64,000 bases of DNA from Elusimicrobiota bacterium (GCA_022072025.1 JAJVIP010000017.1:53462-117461); one strand, 5' to 3'; shown: positions 19,200 to 31,552, counted from the stretch's first letter. Numbers and translations: made by a program. The notes: generated by a model from the sequence alone, not told the origin.

Positions 19200-20117
19200 A
19201 TGGAAAAAGGTCGTCACCCGCGAATGTCTCTGTTGGGAGTCCTGTTCCTGTTTTTGTTCTCAACCCCCATCTCAGTATTTTCTGAAATCGCCACTATCCA
19301 AGAAATCCCCTACTATCTTAAGCAACTGCAGGAAACCGAACTCGAAAGTAAACGAATGGAGACCAACAAGATCATTCATGATGCTGTTGTCCATGCCGAC
19401 TTATCCAATAAGAAAACCGTTAAAACCCTCGAACCGTTTATCGCGCGGATTCGTTTGACCATTCAGGCTGGTTTTGATCGCCCCTATTTAGAAGGGACTT
19501 CATCCTGGCTTCAAAGTGCCGTAGATTATTTTGAAAGAGAAAAATATCGCCCGATTATTAATATTCCCATGGAGGAATGGACGACCACGCAAACATCGTC
19601 CCAAGACGGATCCCAAATTTCTATTTTCCCGGAAAAAATTGTTTTGATCAAAGAAGGACAAGCCAGAACCATTGCGGAATCCTCAAATATCCACGAAGCG
19701 GTGATATCGCCTGATTCCAAGAAAGTTGCTTTCTTTAGACGTTCGGAGGAGACACCAACCGCCGAGATTTGGGTTGTTCATCTCAAAAATCTTAAACGGA
19801 AAAAAATTATCACGGTCCCTTCTTGCCAAACCCTTCTATTTTCTCTGAATGGAGATCATTTGTTCATTCAAGAAAAACCTGAAAACAACACCAGCGAAAG
19901 TAAGATTCTCCGAATCTCCACTGGTGGGGGAAAAGCAAAAACAATTGGGAAAGCGCGTAGTCTCGAAGCGGTCGTCACAACGGGAAAATACCGAGGAGGT
20001 CTTGTGGTCACCCGAATGACGCCTCATCACCTCGGTGTCACTCTTCAGGACTGTCCCGTGGCGTGGGATGAAGCAGGGAAGGAATGGGGACGAATTCAGG
20101 GAGCAGCGTGCCGCTAG
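19200..20117 (+). CDS. Hypothetical secreted protein
   Basis: Signal peptide MSLLGVLFLFLFSTPISVFSE. The start could be 19158 (GTG), 19200 or 19224. No recognised domain. Confidence 0.35.
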   Translation: MEKGRHPRMSLLGVLFLFLFSTPISVFSEIATIQEIPYYLKQLQETELESKRMETNKIIHDAVVHADLSNKKTVKTLEPFIARIRLTIQAGFDRPYLEGTSSWLQSAVDYFEREKYRPIINIPMEEWTTTQTSSQDGSQISIFPEKIVLIKEGQARTIAESSNIHEAVISPDSKKVAFFRRSEETPTAEIWVVHLKNLKRKKIITVPSCQTLLFSLNGDHLFIQEKPENNTSESKILRISTGGGKAKTIGKARSLEAVVTTGKYRGGLVVTRMTPHHLGVTLQDCPVAWDEAGKEWGRIQGAACR

Positions 20118-21055
20118 CGAATCAATTCGTTGAGGATGTTCAACTGAGTGACCAAGGGAGCCAAATCAGATTCCTCCCGATTAACAATTGATCTGAGGCG
20201 GCTGTCTTTTACATCCTCCAAATTTCCCAGGGCTTTATCTTGCGCGTTTCCTGCCGGCGTTCTTCTCAATATTTTTTCCCGATCTCGCTGATATTCACTT
20301 TCTATCTGCCTGCGTGCTTCAATACTTTTCACTTTGATCTCAGAGATCCGTTTTTCGAGTTCAGGGATTGTTTTTCCCTTTCCAAGCGCCAATTGAGAAA
20401 ATTTTTCATGCAAAATTCCCATACTGTCTTCTAAGGCTCTCTGTTCGCCAAGAATCTGACTTCGCTCTTCTTGAAACTTGCGATGAGACTCTTTGCTTGA
20501 GTTCATATAATAAATTGAGGGACCTGCACCCAGGAGGAGACCAATAAAAAACATGGAAAAATAGGCCAATGCATTTCCGGTGGAACTGCCACCCGACGAC
20601 CTGGTAGGGAGATCCCCCATCGTTTTTTTCTTTTCTGAGCCTCTAATAATCTCTTTGAGTTTAATTTCAAAGCGCTTTTTTAAATCCTCCGAAAAATCCC
20701 TAAAGGCTGATTCCGCAGAACTGATCTCCGCAGGATCCCACGTGATCCGAGACATAACCGATGTCCGATCTCTCTCGATGGCCTCCACTTCGAAATCAAT
20801 GATGGATTGCATCTCCAACACAGTCGCTTCCAACTCTTTTCTCGGGTTCTCAGGAGGAGTTGTTTCCCAGGACTTTTTCTCAAACTCGAACCAAGCTTCA
20901 ATAATGCCTTCTAAACTTGCGGAACCCCCTTCGTAAAATTCTGCCGGAGTGAATGATGTGGCCTTTTCCTGAACCAATTCATCAAAAGCAGCTTGTCTTT
21001 TCTTTCTCAGCGCACCTAATTTATCAGACCACTCTTGATATGAAACATCGTCCAT
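20114..21055 (-). CDS. Hypothetical coiled-coil protein with a single central TM helix
   Basis: 313 aa with a central FSMFFIGLLLGAGPSIYY segment and charged, heptad-rich flanks. Confidence 0.35.
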   Translation of the reverse strand: MDDVSYQEWSDKLGALRKKRQAAFDELVQEKATSFTPAEFYEGGSASLEGIIEAWFEFEKKSWETTPPENPRKELEATVLEMQSIIDFEVEAIERDRTSVMSRITWDPAEISSAESAFRDFSEDLKKRFEIKLKEIIRGSEKKKTMGDLPTRSSGGSSTGNALAYFSMFFIGLLLGAGPSIYYMNSSKESHRKFQEERSQILGEQRALEDSMGILHEKFSQLALGKGKTIPELEKRISEIKVKSIEARRQIESEYQRDREKILRRTPAGNAQDKALGNLEDVKDSRLRSIVNREESDLAPLVTQLNILNELIR

Positions 21056-21786
21056 TAAAATTTCACCCCAAATCCACCATGATAGAGTTCCTCTCCATTG
21101 GCCAAACCAGCACCTAAATTCAAATAGGTAAATGGAATTAGACTGATGTTGATGCCTGCTTCAACGCGATATCCCGATTCACTGGAATCCAAATTACGAG
21201 CGCCAACAGGAACGATCGGGTCATCAGTGAGCTCGAGTTCGGTGACGTCATATCCAGCCCCGATGTAGGGGTGGATAAAAGGGATATCAAATGAAAGCAC
21301 CGCATTGGCCGAAAGGGTATTGGCGTCAAAAAGATCATGAGAGGCCTGGTTGTATAAAGCTGTAAGTGAAACTGCAGGAAGACCGGGAACGGAGGGGGTA
21401 AACAAACCTATTCTCAATCCACCCCCGATCACATCAGCATCTTCAATTTGGCCATAACGTCCAATAACGTTTATCCTGGCCGGAAGGCCCACTTCCACTT
21501 GAGCCCATTTGGAGAGAAGGCTTGATCCATCGTCTTTGAGAATGGCGTTTTCATCCTTAACTCCCACAGCCGCCACATGAACACCCACATCGAAACCCAA
21601 AGGAAAACCCAATGATTTTCCATTGTGAAAACTTCCGGCACCCACCGCCGCCCCAAAATCTTTGGTGAGAGCGTCCAAGTTTGTTTGGTTCACGATTGAG
21701 AAATTATTAGAAAAGTCATCGGCGCTCAGTGGCATCGCGATAAAAAGCAGGGGCATTAAGGCCATTGACGTGAATCGATTTTTCAT
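21055..21786 (-). CDS. Outer-membrane beta-barrel protein (OmpA-less small OMP)
   Basis: Signal peptide MKNRFTSMALMPLLFIAMPLSA. C-terminal ...GFGVKF with terminal Phe. Alternating amphipathic strands. Confidence 0.5.
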   Translation of the reverse strand: MKNRFTSMALMPLLFIAMPLSADDFSNNFSIVNQTNLDALTKDFGAAVGAGSFHNGKSLGFPLGFDVGVHVAAVGVKDENAILKDDGSSLLSKWAQVEVGLPARINVIGRYGQIEDADVIGGGLRIGLFTPSVPGLPAVSLTALYNQASHDLFDANTLSANAVLSFDIPFIHPYIGAGYDVTELELTDDPIVPVGARNLDSSESGYRVEAGINISLIPFTYLNLGAGLANGEELYHGGFGVKF

Positions 21787-21831
21787 ACAGTCTCCTCTTT
21801 GATTATCCTTGATTTTGTACATAAAAATAGT

Positions 21832-22650
21832 TCAAGTGATCAGCTGGGCATCGGTCTTCTGACTATCCTGCCAAAGGTGATAGAGTCCCAGCAAGGTCAA
21901 GTGGGGCACCATCCGATCGACGCAACCCACACCTTTTAATATCCAATGGGCTTGACCGCCAGTGGCGAACACATGCGTTGCGGGTCCCATCCTCCGTTTC
22001 AAATTCAATACGATTTCTTTTACCAAACCTCGGTATCCATGATATAGACCCGCTCGAATAGATTCAAGAGTATTTCTACCTAAAATGCCTGCTGATTTTT
22101 TCAGAATCACGTGAGGAAGTTTGGCCGTCCGCTCGTAAAGAGCCTCCGCAGAAATCACGGGACCCGGCGCAATGACCCCACCCAAATAAACACCCTTGGC
22201 TGTGACGCAATCGAAGGTCGTGGCGGTCCCAAAATCAATCACAATGGAGGGCCCCTTCCAGAGAGCCAATGCCGCCCGTGAATTGACCAATCGATCAGCA
22301 CCAACCTCTTTTGGATTTTTATATCCAATTTTAATTTTTGATGGACTTCGATAACTGACAAACAATGGATTTTTTCCAATCACAAGGCGAACTTCTCTCA
22401 TCAAATAAGAATTCACGGACGGGACCACACTCGAAACGATCCCGCCTTTAATTAAATTTGCGGAAATTTTATTTCGATTTAATTGTTGGCGGATAAAACG
22501 AGAAACGCCACGCCGTTTTTTTAACTGATCGGTTCCAATCGTCCAAACAAAACGCGGGTGAGGATTCAATTCCCGATTGCCCAACGCAAACAATCCAAAA
22601 GAGGTGGCCGTGTTTCCAACATCGATAACCAGGAGAGGTGGAGTCTTCAA
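21832..22650 (-). CDS. coaX: Type III pantothenate kinase
   Basis: LLVIDVGNTATSFGLF N-terminal motif. 272 aa. Confidence 0.85.
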   Translation of the reverse strand: MKTPPLLVIDVGNTATSFGLFALGNRELNPHPRFVWTIGTDQLKKRRGVSRFIRQQLNRNKISANLIKGGIVSSVVPSVNSYLMREVRLVIGKNPLFVSYRSPSKIKIGYKNPKEVGADRLVNSRAALALWKGPSIVIDFGTATTFDCVTAKGVYLGGVIAPGPVISAEALYERTAKLPHVILKKSAGILGRNTLESIRAGLYHGYRGLVKEIVLNLKRRMGPATHVFATGGQAHWILKGVGCVDRMVPHLTLLGLYHLWQDSQKTDAQLIT

Positions 22651-24764
22651 TTTGAGACGGTCACCCCTGAAGCTTGAAGCTTTGAAAAATCCGCCACTGA
22701 ATCAAAAAGATTTTTTACCAAGAGAAGAACTCCCAGCCGATCCAATCGAAGTTTCGGATCATCGACCATAACCATGACCTCTTTAAAGAAAAGATCGATG
22801 GGGGATTTTAATTCTGACAAACACAAAAGCGCTTCATTAAATTCCTCATTTTTGAGATGGTCCTTAACCAGATCGCTGATCTTCTGGACCGACTCGCAAA
22901 GTTTTTTCTCTTGATCTCCCAACTCTTGAACGTTCAGCGCCAAGGCCGTTTCATCAGCTAAAAATCCAGAGGACCGCGCCTGTTTGAGCAGGTTCCCCGC
23001 TCGTTTGATGGCGACAGTAAGGGAATCAAATTCCGGTTTTCCGCGCACAGACTTGACTGCCTGAAGTTTGGACGCTATGCGCCCCATACTCTGATCGCGG
23101 TTTGTGAGAACCGCCTCGATTTCGTCAGTACGGAAACCCTGTTGAGTAAAAAGGGTCATCATTCTCGATTTGAAAAAATCCGACAAATCTTCTTTCACTT
23201 TGGGAGGTACCGCATTGTTTAATCCTTCAAGAGCAAGATCCATCAAGTGGTCCAATGACACCTGCCACTTCCGCTGCAAAAGGATGCGAATGACGCCCGC
23301 TGACATTCGCCGCAAACCATAGGGATCCGCGGAACCAGAGGGAATCAAACCCACTGAAAAATTGGCGGCCAAGGTATCCATCTTGTCCGCCACCGCCACG
23401 AGAGCTCCCTCCACAGATATCGGTAAATCCCCTTCCGTTGTAAGCGGCCAATAATGTTGTTCGATGGCATGAGCCACCTCAGTGTTTTCCTGCTTTTCGG
23501 CATAGAATCGGCCGGCCACTCCCTGCAATTCCGGAAACTCGCCCACCAAATGAGTCAACAGATCTGCTTTTGAAAGAAAGGCCGCTCGATCGGCATTGGC
23601 GAGTGTGGTTCCGTCCAGCTCAAAATATTCTCCCAATCGACACGTGAAGGCGCGAACTCGAACAGTTTTATCCCACATGGATCCCAATTTCGCATGAAAT
23701 CCAACACCGGATAGGCGGGGAGCCATATCCGCCAAAGGAACTTGAGAATCTTTTTCATAAAAAAACTGCGCGTCCGCGAAGCGGGCGTTCACCACGCGCT
23801 CATATCCTTCCCGCACCGCCTCTTGCGCCTCTGAGGGACCGTTACGAACGCCGATGAAACTGTTCACCAACTGTCCCTTTGAGGATTCCAGAGGAAAAAA
23901 CTTCTGATGTTTTTTAAGGACACTGATTAAAACTTCTCGTGGTAATTTCAGGTACCCTTCAGGAAAATGACCCAAAATTCCGACGGGATATTCCGTTAAA
24001 TGGACCACCTCCTGGAGATGTTCCTCCGTCATCACCACCTGGGCTTTGGCTTTTTTTGCCAAAGCGTCATTCTGGTTTAAGATGTTCGTCCTTCGATCTT
24101 CCGGATCCACCAAAATACAACGCCCTTGAAGAACGGTTTTGTATTTTTCGGGGCTGGGCACATTAATTTTGGATCCCCCAAGCGCCAACAAGGCCAGCGT
24201 GGACTTGTCCGACGTCACCCCCGCCAATTTAAAGCGAATCACCTGAGAATTATAGAGGGCCACCAACCATCGAATGGGACGAACAAATGGGAAATTTTGA
24301 TCGTTCCAAATCATGGATTTTGGAAATGTGAGTTTTTTTATGACCGTTGGAAAAATTTCTTTGAGCAAAATTTCGGTCTTTTGCCCTTTGTGATGTTGAA
24401 GTGCCACATACCGCTCTCCTTTCGGCGTATTCTTAATGACCAACGCCTCAACGGATACTTTCTGTGCTTTGGCAAAGCCCAACGCGGCGGTGGTCCATTG
24501 CCCACTCTGATCTTTCGCGGCCTTGGGCGGGGGCCCCAGCACCTCTTCGGTCCGGTCCAAGGTTCGTGGGGCCACGCCTTCAATGGCAATCGCCAAACGA
24601 CGAGGAGATCCATAAACTTTTATTTTTTCAAAAGGTATCCGATGATCTGACAACTCCACCTTCATCAACTGTTCCAATTGCGCGAGAGCATCGGTAATAA
24701 ACCGAGCTGGAATTTCTTCAGTACCGATTTCTAAAAGAGCGCTGAACCGTTTCTTTTCCTTCAT
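22647..24764 (-). CDS. glyS: Glycine--tRNA ligase beta subunit
   Basis: 705 aa. N-terminal [13 protein letters not shown] matches the GlyS signature. Confidence 0.9.
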   Translation of the reverse strand: MKEKKRFSALLEIGTEEIPARFITDALAQLEQLMKVELSDHRIPFEKIKVYGSPRRLAIAIEGVAPRTLDRTEEVLGPPPKAAKDQSGQWTTAALGFAKAQKVSVEALVIKNTPKGERYVALQHHKGQKTEILLKEIFPTVIKKLTFPKSMIWNDQNFPFVRPIRWLVALYNSQVIRFKLAGVTSDKSTLALLALGGSKINVPSPEKYKTVLQGRCILVDPEDRRTNILNQNDALAKKAKAQVVMTEEHLQEVVHLTEYPVGILGHFPEGYLKLPREVLISVLKKHQKFFPLESSKGQLVNSFIGVRNGPSEAQEAVREGYERVVNARFADAQFFYEKDSQVPLADMAPRLSGVGFHAKLGSMWDKTVRVRAFTCRLGEYFELDGTTLANADRAAFLSKADLLTHLVGEFPELQGVAGRFYAEKQENTEVAHAIEQHYWPLTTEGDLPISVEGALVAVADKMDTLAANFSVGLIPSGSADPYGLRRMSAGVIRILLQRKWQVSLDHLMDLALEGLNNAVPPKVKEDLSDFFKSRMMTLFTQQGFRTDEIEAVLTNRDQSMGRIASKLQAVKSVRGKPEFDSLTVAIKRAGNLLKQARSSGFLADETALALNVQELGDQEKKLCESVQKISDLVKDHLKNEEFNEALLCLSELKSPIDLFFKEVMVMVDDPKLRLDRLGVLLLVKNLFDSVADFSKLQASGVTVSN

Positions 24765-25630
24765 GAATTCACCTTTGTGTCCTCACGGACCGGCGCTGCC
24801 ACCATGGATTCGGCCACGCGCTTGGCCAAATTTCGGATACGCGTGATAAACCCCGTTCGTTCGGATACCGAAATGGCGCCACGGGCATCCAGAAGATTGA
24901 ACAGGTGGGAACATTTCATTGTGGCATCATAGGCAGGCAGCGGAAACTTTTCGTTGAGCAGATTGACCGCCAGTGTTTCATAATCTGAAAAATGTTGACG
25001 AAGCATGGCGGGGTCACTCAGGGAAAAATTGAACGTAGAGAACTGACGTTCATCTTCCTTATGAACATCACCGTAAGTCACTCCCTTGCACCATTCCACA
25101 TCAAATACGCTGTTCTTTTTTTGGGAAAACATGGCCAACCGCTCCAACCCATAGGTAATTTCAACGGTGATGGGGAATAAATTTAAGCCCCCCATTTGCT
25201 GAAAATAGGTGAACTGTGTGATTTCCATGGAATCCAGCCAAACTTCCCATCCCAATCCCCAAGCTCCCAGAGTGGGAGATTCCCAATCATCCTCGACAAA
25301 TCGAATGTCATGTTTCCTTGGTTTGATGCCAATGGCCTCAAGCGAATCCAAATAAAGTTTTTGAATATTATCAGGAGCCGGTTTGATAACAACTTGGAAT
25401 TGATAGTAGCGTTGCAGCCGGTTGGGGTTTTCACCGTATCGGCCATCGGTGGGGCGGCGAGAAGGTTCCACATAGGCGGCGGCCCAGGGATGGGGGCCCA
25501 AAGAACGCAAAAAAGTGGCCGGGTTAAATGTTCCCGCGCCTTTTTCCAAGTCGTAGGGTTGAAATATCAAGCAACCCCGTTTCGACCAAAATTTTTCGAG
25601 AGAAAAAATGATTTCCTGAAGATACATCAA
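24761..25630 (-). CDS. glyQ: Glycine--tRNA ligase alpha subunit
   Basis: [42 protein letters not shown] is highly conserved GlyQ sequence. Confidence 0.9.
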   Translation of the reverse strand: MMYLQEIIFSLEKFWSKRGCLIFQPYDLEKGAGTFNPATFLRSLGPHPWAAAYVEPSRRPTDGRYGENPNRLQRYYQFQVVIKPAPDNIQKLYLDSLEAIGIKPRKHDIRFVEDDWESPTLGAWGLGWEVWLDSMEITQFTYFQQMGGLNLFPITVEITYGLERLAMFSQKKNSVFDVEWCKGVTYGDVHKEDERQFSTFNFSLSDPAMLRQHFSDYETLAVNLLNEKFPLPAYDATMKCSHLFNLLDARGAISVSERTGFITRIRNLAKRVAESMVAAPVREDTKVNS

Positions 25631-26211
25631 ACAACCTCAACATCGGATTTTAAACGCCACGGCAATACACGGCTGAGTTCCCCTTCAACAAACGTCACAC
25701 ATTGGTCCAACGGCGCTCTCGACAACAATTCGCTGGCCTGGTCTGACATGTCTCCATGTCCCAACACTTTAAGCAATCGAACCACGAACAACACCCATTG
25801 ACGGTGGGGGGAAAGTTCAAGATTGAGCGATCCTTGAAGAGCCTGAAAAGACTGGCGGAGAATATCATAAACCTCGGGAGAAGGCGCGCGAAACGGCAAC
25901 AACATCTCGACTGTTTCAGCGCAACGACAGGCCATTTGGAAAGCGTCGAGATGAGAGCTCAATCGCTCATGGGAAGAGATCAAACGTCCACTGGCCAGGC
26001 GACCATGAACCCCGTGGGGGGGAAGAAACAAATGAAAATCCGCCTCAACAAAAGGCTGCTGCACCGCTTTGAGTTTCGAGGCCATCCTTTGTCCACCTTT
26101 GGAAATGGCCAACACCTTCCCCACGTCCCGCAGAAAAAGCGTTAACCTTAAATCGTTATCCAAATGCCGCACCCGTCGAAGAACAAGCCCCCGACTTAGA
26201 AGAGATTCCAT
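25627..26211 (-). CDS. recO: DNA repair protein RecO
   Basis: OB-fold N-terminus [19 protein letters not shown]. Start trimmed to MESLL to avoid overlap with ybeY. Confidence 0.7.
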   Translation of the reverse strand: MESLLSRGLVLRRVRHLDNDLRLTLFLRDVGKVLAISKGGQRMASKLKAVQQPFVEADFHLFLPPHGVHGRLASGRLISSHERLSSHLDAFQMACRCAETVEMLLPFRAPSPEVYDILRQSFQALQGSLNLELSPHRQWVLFVVRLLKVLGHGDMSDQASELLSRAPLDQCVTFVEGELSRVLPWRLKSDVEVV

Positions 26212-26239
26212 GGGCCAACCATAGCAAAAGATTTTTTTT

Positions 26240-26662
26240 TCATCTTTTTGAATAAAGCAGATTAACCAATCGTTCTTGCACCTTCCACATTCTCTCTCGA
26301 TCCTTTCGAGGCCAATCGGTATATCCCAAAAGATGAAGTGTCCCATGAATCACCAATCGAACCAACTCCCGTCCATAAGGTTCACGAAAACGTTTGGCGT
26401 TGTCTTTTGCAACCGGCCCACAAATATAGACATCGCCTCCACCCGATGGATGGGGAAAAGCAATCACATCAGTTTCGCCACTTTCTTTTAGAAATTGGAG
26501 GTTCAGCTCTCGTATTTTTTTCCGACCAACAAAAATAAAGTTGACCTCGCCTTTCACTTTCTTTTTTTCCGACTGAAGAGTTTTCTTAACCAAACGCGGA
26601 AAACGAGCGCGCAACTCTTTTGGGATATGGGCGGGCAGGAGCGCGTGAGAAGAAATGATCAC
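26240..26662 (-). CDS. ybeY: Endoribonuclease YbeY (16S rRNA maturation)
   Basis: HGTLHLLGYTD zinc-binding motif. Confidence 0.85.
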   Translation of the reverse strand: MIISSHALLPAHIPKELRARFPRLVKKTLQSEKKKVKGEVNFIFVGRKKIRELNLQFLKESGETDVIAFPHPSGGGDVYICGPVAKDNAKRFREPYGRELVRLVIHGTLHLLGYTDWPRKDRERMWKVQERLVNLLYSKR

Positions 26663-28179
26663 TGAACGGATATTTTATTATCGTCTGATTCCGGATAGGG
26701 AATCCGCGCGTGGTGAATGGAAAGGAGGGTGTTGGTAAAGCGTTCCGCGACAATCCTCAAGTCGTTTAACGTGAGCGGAGTTTCATCCAACTGCCCATCA
26801 AACAGCTTTTTCTGAATAATTTTATTGACCAAATCCTTGTAGCGCTGGTGATTGGGGTCTTCCAACGTTCGGCTCGAAGCCTCCACCGAATCAGCCAACA
26901 TGACAAGCCCTGCTTCTTTGGTTTGAGGTTTGGGTCCCGGATAACGGTAGGATTCTTCCTCAATTTCCTCTTTGGTGATGTCTTCTTCGCTTTCCTCAAG
27001 TTTAAGCGCTTTGCGGTAGAAATATTCGATCTGGGAGGTACCGTGATGCTGAGGAATAAAAGCAGCGATTTGCGGGTCCAATTTATGCGATTTAGCCAAG
27101 GCCAACCCTTCTTTTACATGGGAGGTAATAATCAGCTTAGACAAAGAAGGACTCACTTGATCGTGGGGGTTTCCAAAGGTTCCTTGATTTTCAATAAAAT
27201 ATTCAGCCTTCACCATTTTCCCAATATCATGAAAATAGGCGCCCACACGGCACAAAAGACCGTTGGCCCCAATTCCAAGGGCCGCGTCTTCCGCCAAAGA
27301 AGCCACGCTGAGTGAATGATGATACGTTCCCGGGGCCTCCATGCTCATTTTTTTTAAAAGCGGGTGATCCACTCCAGCCAACTCCAACAAACTTAAATTG
27401 GAAAGTCGCGAGAATAAACTCTCCAAATAAGGCCGAACTCCCAAACAAAAGATGGCCGAGAAAAACCCGCTCGCAAGCGACCAAGCCATCGATTTGAACG
27501 TTAGAAATCTGCCCCATTCAAGAATAATCCCCAAGGATAAAACCACCAGAGCCTGAACCAATCCCACAAGAAGTCCGGCCCTAGCCACCTGTTGTGAGGA
27601 CCGCGCTTGTGACACCATGGCCACCGCGGTCGCGCTTCCCAAAGCGGCCACCATGGCGGGAGGAAGCGAAAACCCATTTACGATTCCAAACACCAAGGCC
27701 ACCACAAAACCCACAATCATGCCCAGGCGGGCATTGAGCAATAGAGCGGTTAAAATGGGAGCGATGGCAATAGGAGTGGCGTAAAGCGACAACCAATCAA
27801 ACATATACGTCAAGACGGCAATCAGTTTGATCCAAATAAGTGTTATGAAAAATATCACGGCCAAAAGCGCCATCGCATCATCACTTTCAACCAGATCCTT
27901 CTGATCACGATGAAGATAAACGGTAAAAAGTGAAACAACAATCATGATGAATAACGCCAACACCAAGGATTGAGCCAAAGTCATCTGTGTGTTGACAAGA
28001 AGAACCCCATATAAAAGAACGGCGGACGACAAACCAATCACCAAAGGGGGAATGTGGAACTCTTTTTGATGCCAAGTTTCTCTCTGAGCCCGCGGTAGAG
28101 TCTGGTTAATATCTTCGAGACGCTCCAGCCAACTTCGTAAAACACCCTGTAAAAAACCAATCAATGACTGCTTGATCAT
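26659..28179 (-). CDS. 7TM receptor fused to an HD phosphohydrolase domain (PgpH/YqfF-like)
   Basis: Polytopic N-terminus. YHHSLSVASLAEDAA and GAYFHDIGK match the HD motif. Confidence 0.8.
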   Translation of the reverse strand: MIKQSLIGFLQGVLRSWLERLEDINQTLPRAQRETWHQKEFHIPPLVIGLSSAVLLYGVLLVNTQMTLAQSLVLALFIMIVVSLFTVYLHRDQKDLVESDDAMALLAVIFFITLIWIKLIAVLTYMFDWLSLYATPIAIAPILTALLLNARLGMIVGFVVALVFGIVNGFSLPPAMVAALGSATAVAMVSQARSSQQVARAGLLVGLVQALVVLSLGIILEWGRFLTFKSMAWSLASGFFSAIFCLGVRPYLESLFSRLSNLSLLELAGVDHPLLKKMSMEAPGTYHHSLSVASLAEDAALGIGANGLLCRVGAYFHDIGKMVKAEYFIENQGTFGNPHDQVSPSLSKLIITSHVKEGLALAKSHKLDPQIAAFIPQHHGTSQIEYFYRKALKLEESEEDITKEEIEEESYRYPGPKPQTKEAGLVMLADSVEASSRTLEDPNHQRYKDLVNKIIQKKLFDGQLDETPLTLNDLRIVAERFTNTLLSIHHARIPYPESDDNKISVQ

Positions 28180-28184
28180 GAATC

Positions 28185-29162
28185 CTATCCGCCTGTCGCT
28201 TGGCGAGCTTGCCCACTCTCTTCGCGTTCAAACTCTTCATAAGCTTGGATAATTTTCTGAACCAATTGATGACGCACCACATCTTCACTTGAAAAGCGAA
28301 CCATTCCGACCCCCTCAATTCCATGGAGAATGCGTTCTATTTTCAATAGCCCCGATCGTCGTTTATTTTCCAAATCTATCTGCGTCAAATCACCATTGAT
28401 GATGACCTTGGAATGTTGGCCCATGCGGGTCAAAAACATTTTCATTTGTTCAGGTGTGGTATTTTGGGCTTCGTCCAAAATAATCAATGCGTCATCCAAC
28501 GTGCGACCCCGCATGTACGCCAAAGGAACAATTTCGATGACCTCGTCTTCTTTTAAAAGCCGGAAGCGGTCCGGGCCGACAATGGTGAAAAAGGCATCAT
28601 AGAGAGGCCGCAAATAGGGATGAACTTTATCGTAAAAATCTCCCGGCAAAAACCCCAATTTTTCTCCGGCCTCGACCACTGGTCGTGTCAGTACAATGCG
28701 GGTGACCCGGCCTGCTTGAAGTTCAGAAACGGCATAGGCGACAGCAAGAAAAGTTTTTCCGGTTCCCGCGGGCCCCAATCCCAAAACCATATCGTACTCA
28801 CGCATGGCTTGAATATATTCTTTTTGATGGGAGGTTCTCGGAACAATGGCCCCACCCGTTACGGTTCGAACCACAATTTCTCGGCTGGCTGTTTCAGCGG
28901 CGCTCACCTGCAAAGAATCCGGCATTTTGGCCGGAAGGCCCGGCGTCATACGTCTCGCCTCAAGCGCCGCAATGACCTTGTCAATATCAGGAGCACGGCC
29001 CCTCATGGCCAATGTCAAGCCTTCGCCGGAAGGCAGTGAGGAAGGACGAATAAAAAACTGAACGTGGTAACGCCGCTCAAGATCGCGCAAATATTGGTCG
29101 TTTTGTCCGAAGAGAACCAACGCCTCTTCTTGGCTCTTTAGGTGAATTCGCTTGGTCGCCAT
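28185..29162 (-). CDS. phoH: PhoH-like ATPase (PhoH/YbeZ)
   Basis: Walker A GPAGTGKTFLAVA. About 320 aa. Part of a conserved cluster with ybeY. Confidence 0.85.
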   Translation of the reverse strand: MATKRIHLKSQEEALVLFGQNDQYLRDLERRYHVQFFIRPSSLPSGEGLTLAMRGRAPDIDKVIAALEARRMTPGLPAKMPDSLQVSAAETASREIVVRTVTGGAIVPRTSHQKEYIQAMREYDMVLGLGPAGTGKTFLAVAYAVSELQAGRVTRIVLTRPVVEAGEKLGFLPGDFYDKVHPYLRPLYDAFFTIVGPDRFRLLKEDEVIEIVPLAYMRGRTLDDALIILDEAQNTTPEQMKMFLTRMGQHSKVIINGDLTQIDLENKRRSGLLKIERILHGIEGVGMVRFSSEDVVRHQLVQKIIQAYEEFEREESGQARQATGG

Positions 29163-31013
29163 TTACGAAGTTGAACCCACGGGTTTCTCAGTGGAAATGG
29201 GGTTCTGAGGCAAATGGACTTGGATGTTGAGGTCTTTTAGTTGGCGTGGCTCCGGTTGACCCGGCGCGCCACTGACCAAGCAGGTACCCTTGGCGGTTTT
29301 CGGGAATGCAATTACGTCTCGGATGGAATCCTCTCCCACCAAAAGGGCCACCAACCGGTCGAGTCCCAACGCAATTCCACCGTGGGGAGGAGCACCGGAT
29401 TCCAGCGCGTCCAGGAGAAATCCAAATTTGTCTTGCATTTCTTCAGCGGAAAGCCCCAACAAAGAAAGAATGATGCGTTGAATGTGCGCGTTGTGGATAC
29501 GAATGCTACCTCCACCCAACTCAGTGCCATTCAAAACCAAATCATAGGCACGCGCGCGAAAGGTTCCCAAAATAGAATGGGGATTTTGAACTTCCGCGCG
29601 TGCATCCAGTTTGGTCAACGCCTCAATATCTTCAGGGCGAGGTGTGGTGAAGGGATGATGCACACTGACCCATCTTTTGTCCTCATCACTCCATTCAAAA
29701 AGTGGAAAATCAGTGACCCACAACATTTCGGTTTTTTCTTTTAAAGAAGGGGGGGTCTGTTTCACCACGTACTTGTGCCATAAATGAAGCCGGAGGGCTC
29801 CCAAAATGGCCTCGGCATTTTTTGTTTTGTCCGAGACCAAGAAAACAATATCTCCTTTCTTGGCTTGGGCAAGAGAGGGAACAGCGGACTTCTCTTCCGC
29901 TGTTAGAAACTTGGCAATCGGTGATTCTATTTCCCCGCTTTCAAGAACTTTCAACCATGCAAGCCCTTGCGCTCCAACGGATTGTGCAAACTTGGTCAAA
30001 TCGTCGATCTCCTTTCTGGAAAAAGCCGCGCCCCCCGCATGAAGCAACCCTTTGACCGAACCGCCTGACTTTAAATTGTTCTTAATGCGCTCGAAACCTG
30101 TGGCGGAGAAAATGGAGGTGAAATCAAAAATTTCAGGGGAAATTCGGAGATCTGGTTTATCAGATCCAAATCTTCGATGGGCCTCAGCGTAAGAAAGTTT
30201 GGGAAGAGGAAGTTTGATATCAATCCCCAACGCTTGTTTGAAACAGAGCGCTATCAGTTTTTCGATGAGGTGCATGATGTCGGCCTCATCCGCGAACGAC
30301 AATTCCAAATCAACCTGGGTAAATTCAGGTTGGCGATCGGCCCTCAAATCTTCATCTCGAAAACAACGTGCGATTTGATAATAGCGATCAAAACCGCTCA
30401 CCATCAACACCTGTTTAAAAAGTTGAGGCGATTGGGGCAAAGCATAGAAAGCGCCGGGAGTGAGGCGAGAAGGAACCAAAAAGTCGCGGGCCCCTTCTGG
30501 AGTGGAGCGCGTCAACATCGGCGTTTCGATTTCAAGAAATCCCTCTTGGTGAAGGAAATTGCGGATGGTGTGGCTCATGGCGTCTCGAAGTAACATGTTT
30601 CTTTGAAGTGTCGGCCGACGCAAATCCAAATAGCGGTATTTCAAGCGAACATCTTCGGAAGATTCATTGTGTTCAGAAATCTCAAAGGGTGGAGTTTTTG
30701 CCTTATTGAACACCACCAGCGATTCTGCCAAGACTTCGACATTGCCGGTGGCCAAATTTGGATTTCGCGTTCCTTCAGGTCGTTGGCGAACCTTTCCTTT
30801 GACTTGAATGACGAACTCGGAACGCAACTGCTCCGCTTCCCCGAACAAAGCCGCCGGTTCCGGATTGAAAACCACTTGAATAAGGCCAGTGCGGTCTCGT
30901 AGGTCAATGAACAACACGCCGCCATGATCTCGACGGGAATGAACCCACCCCGACAAAGTAACAGACTGCCCCAATTCCTTCTCGGAAACAGCCGCACAAT
31001 AGACAGTTCGCAT
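29163..31013 (-). CDS. aspS: Aspartate--tRNA ligase
   Basis: N-terminal [26 protein letters not shown] anticodon-binding motif, followed by class II catalytic motifs. Confidence 0.9.
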   Translation of the reverse strand: MRTVYCAAVSEKELGQSVTLSGWVHSRRDHGGVLFIDLRDRTGLIQVVFNPEPAALFGEAEQLRSEFVIQVKGKVRQRPEGTRNPNLATGNVEVLAESLVVFNKAKTPPFEISEHNESSEDVRLKYRYLDLRRPTLQRNMLLRDAMSHTIRNFLHQEGFLEIETPMLTRSTPEGARDFLVPSRLTPGAFYALPQSPQLFKQVLMVSGFDRYYQIARCFRDEDLRADRQPEFTQVDLELSFADEADIMHLIEKLIALCFKQALGIDIKLPLPKLSYAEAHRRFGSDKPDLRISPEIFDFTSIFSATGFERIKNNLKSGGSVKGLLHAGGAAFSRKEIDDLTKFAQSVGAQGLAWLKVLESGEIESPIAKFLTAEEKSAVPSLAQAKKGDIVFLVSDKTKNAEAILGALRLHLWHKYVVKQTPPSLKEKTEMLWVTDFPLFEWSDEDKRWVSVHHPFTTPRPEDIEALTKLDARAEVQNPHSILGTFRARAYDLVLNGTELGGGSIRIHNAHIQRIILSLLGLSAEEMQDKFGFLLDALESGAPPHGGIALGLDRLVALLVGEDSIRDVIAFPKTAKGTCLVSGAPGQPEPRQLKDLNIQVHLPQNPISTEKPVGSTS

Positions 31014-31552
31014 CATGAGGGTTTCTTTTCCAAAAGAATTCGAATATCCTTGAGACGGTTTCGAAGGTTCCCGACATTTTCAGAGGTGGAGTTGGCCAGC
31101 AATTGATCCAATTCTTTGACAAGCACCTGGGCTGTTTTCTCATGGGATTCGATACGCAGTTGAATTTGTTTCTTCATCTCTTCAAAAGCTTGTATCACCT
31201 CACCCAATTGATCGGATTCGCGAATACGGGTCATATTCGAGAAATCTCCACTCGCCAAACGTTTGATGCCCTTCTCAAGAGAATAAAGCGGCCCCGCGAT
31301 CGTATGAAAGAAAAAATAATTTTCGATGCCGATGCCCGCCAACAACAAAAAAAGTGTAACGCCAAAACCCATCCTTAAACCGCTCCTCAATTGGATCCAA
31401 GAAAATTCATCAAGAATTCCGCTGGCAACAGCGCGGGATACTTGGGTTTCAAACAAAAGGTAGCAAAACACAAAGGCCACCAAGACCACCACCAAGGTCA
31501 ATAGGAGGTGTTTGAGTTGTAACGCCGGTTTAACAAGGAATTTTTTTCTCAT
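31013..31552 (-). CDS. Small 2TM membrane protein with a HAMP-like domain (paralogue 1 of 3)
   Basis: Two TM helices flank a short loop. A HAMP-like [21 protein letters not shown]...[11 protein letters not shown] segment and a coiled-coil tail follow. Confidence 0.45.
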   Translation of the reverse strand: MRKKFLVKPALQLKHLLLTLVVVLVAFVFCYLLFETQVSRAVASGILDEFSWIQLRSGLRMGFGVTLFLLLAGIGIENYFFFHTIAGPLYSLEKGIKRLASGDFSNMTRIRESDQLGEVIQAFEEMKKQIQLRIESHEKTAQVLVKELDQLLANSTSENVGNLRNRLKDIRILLEKKPS

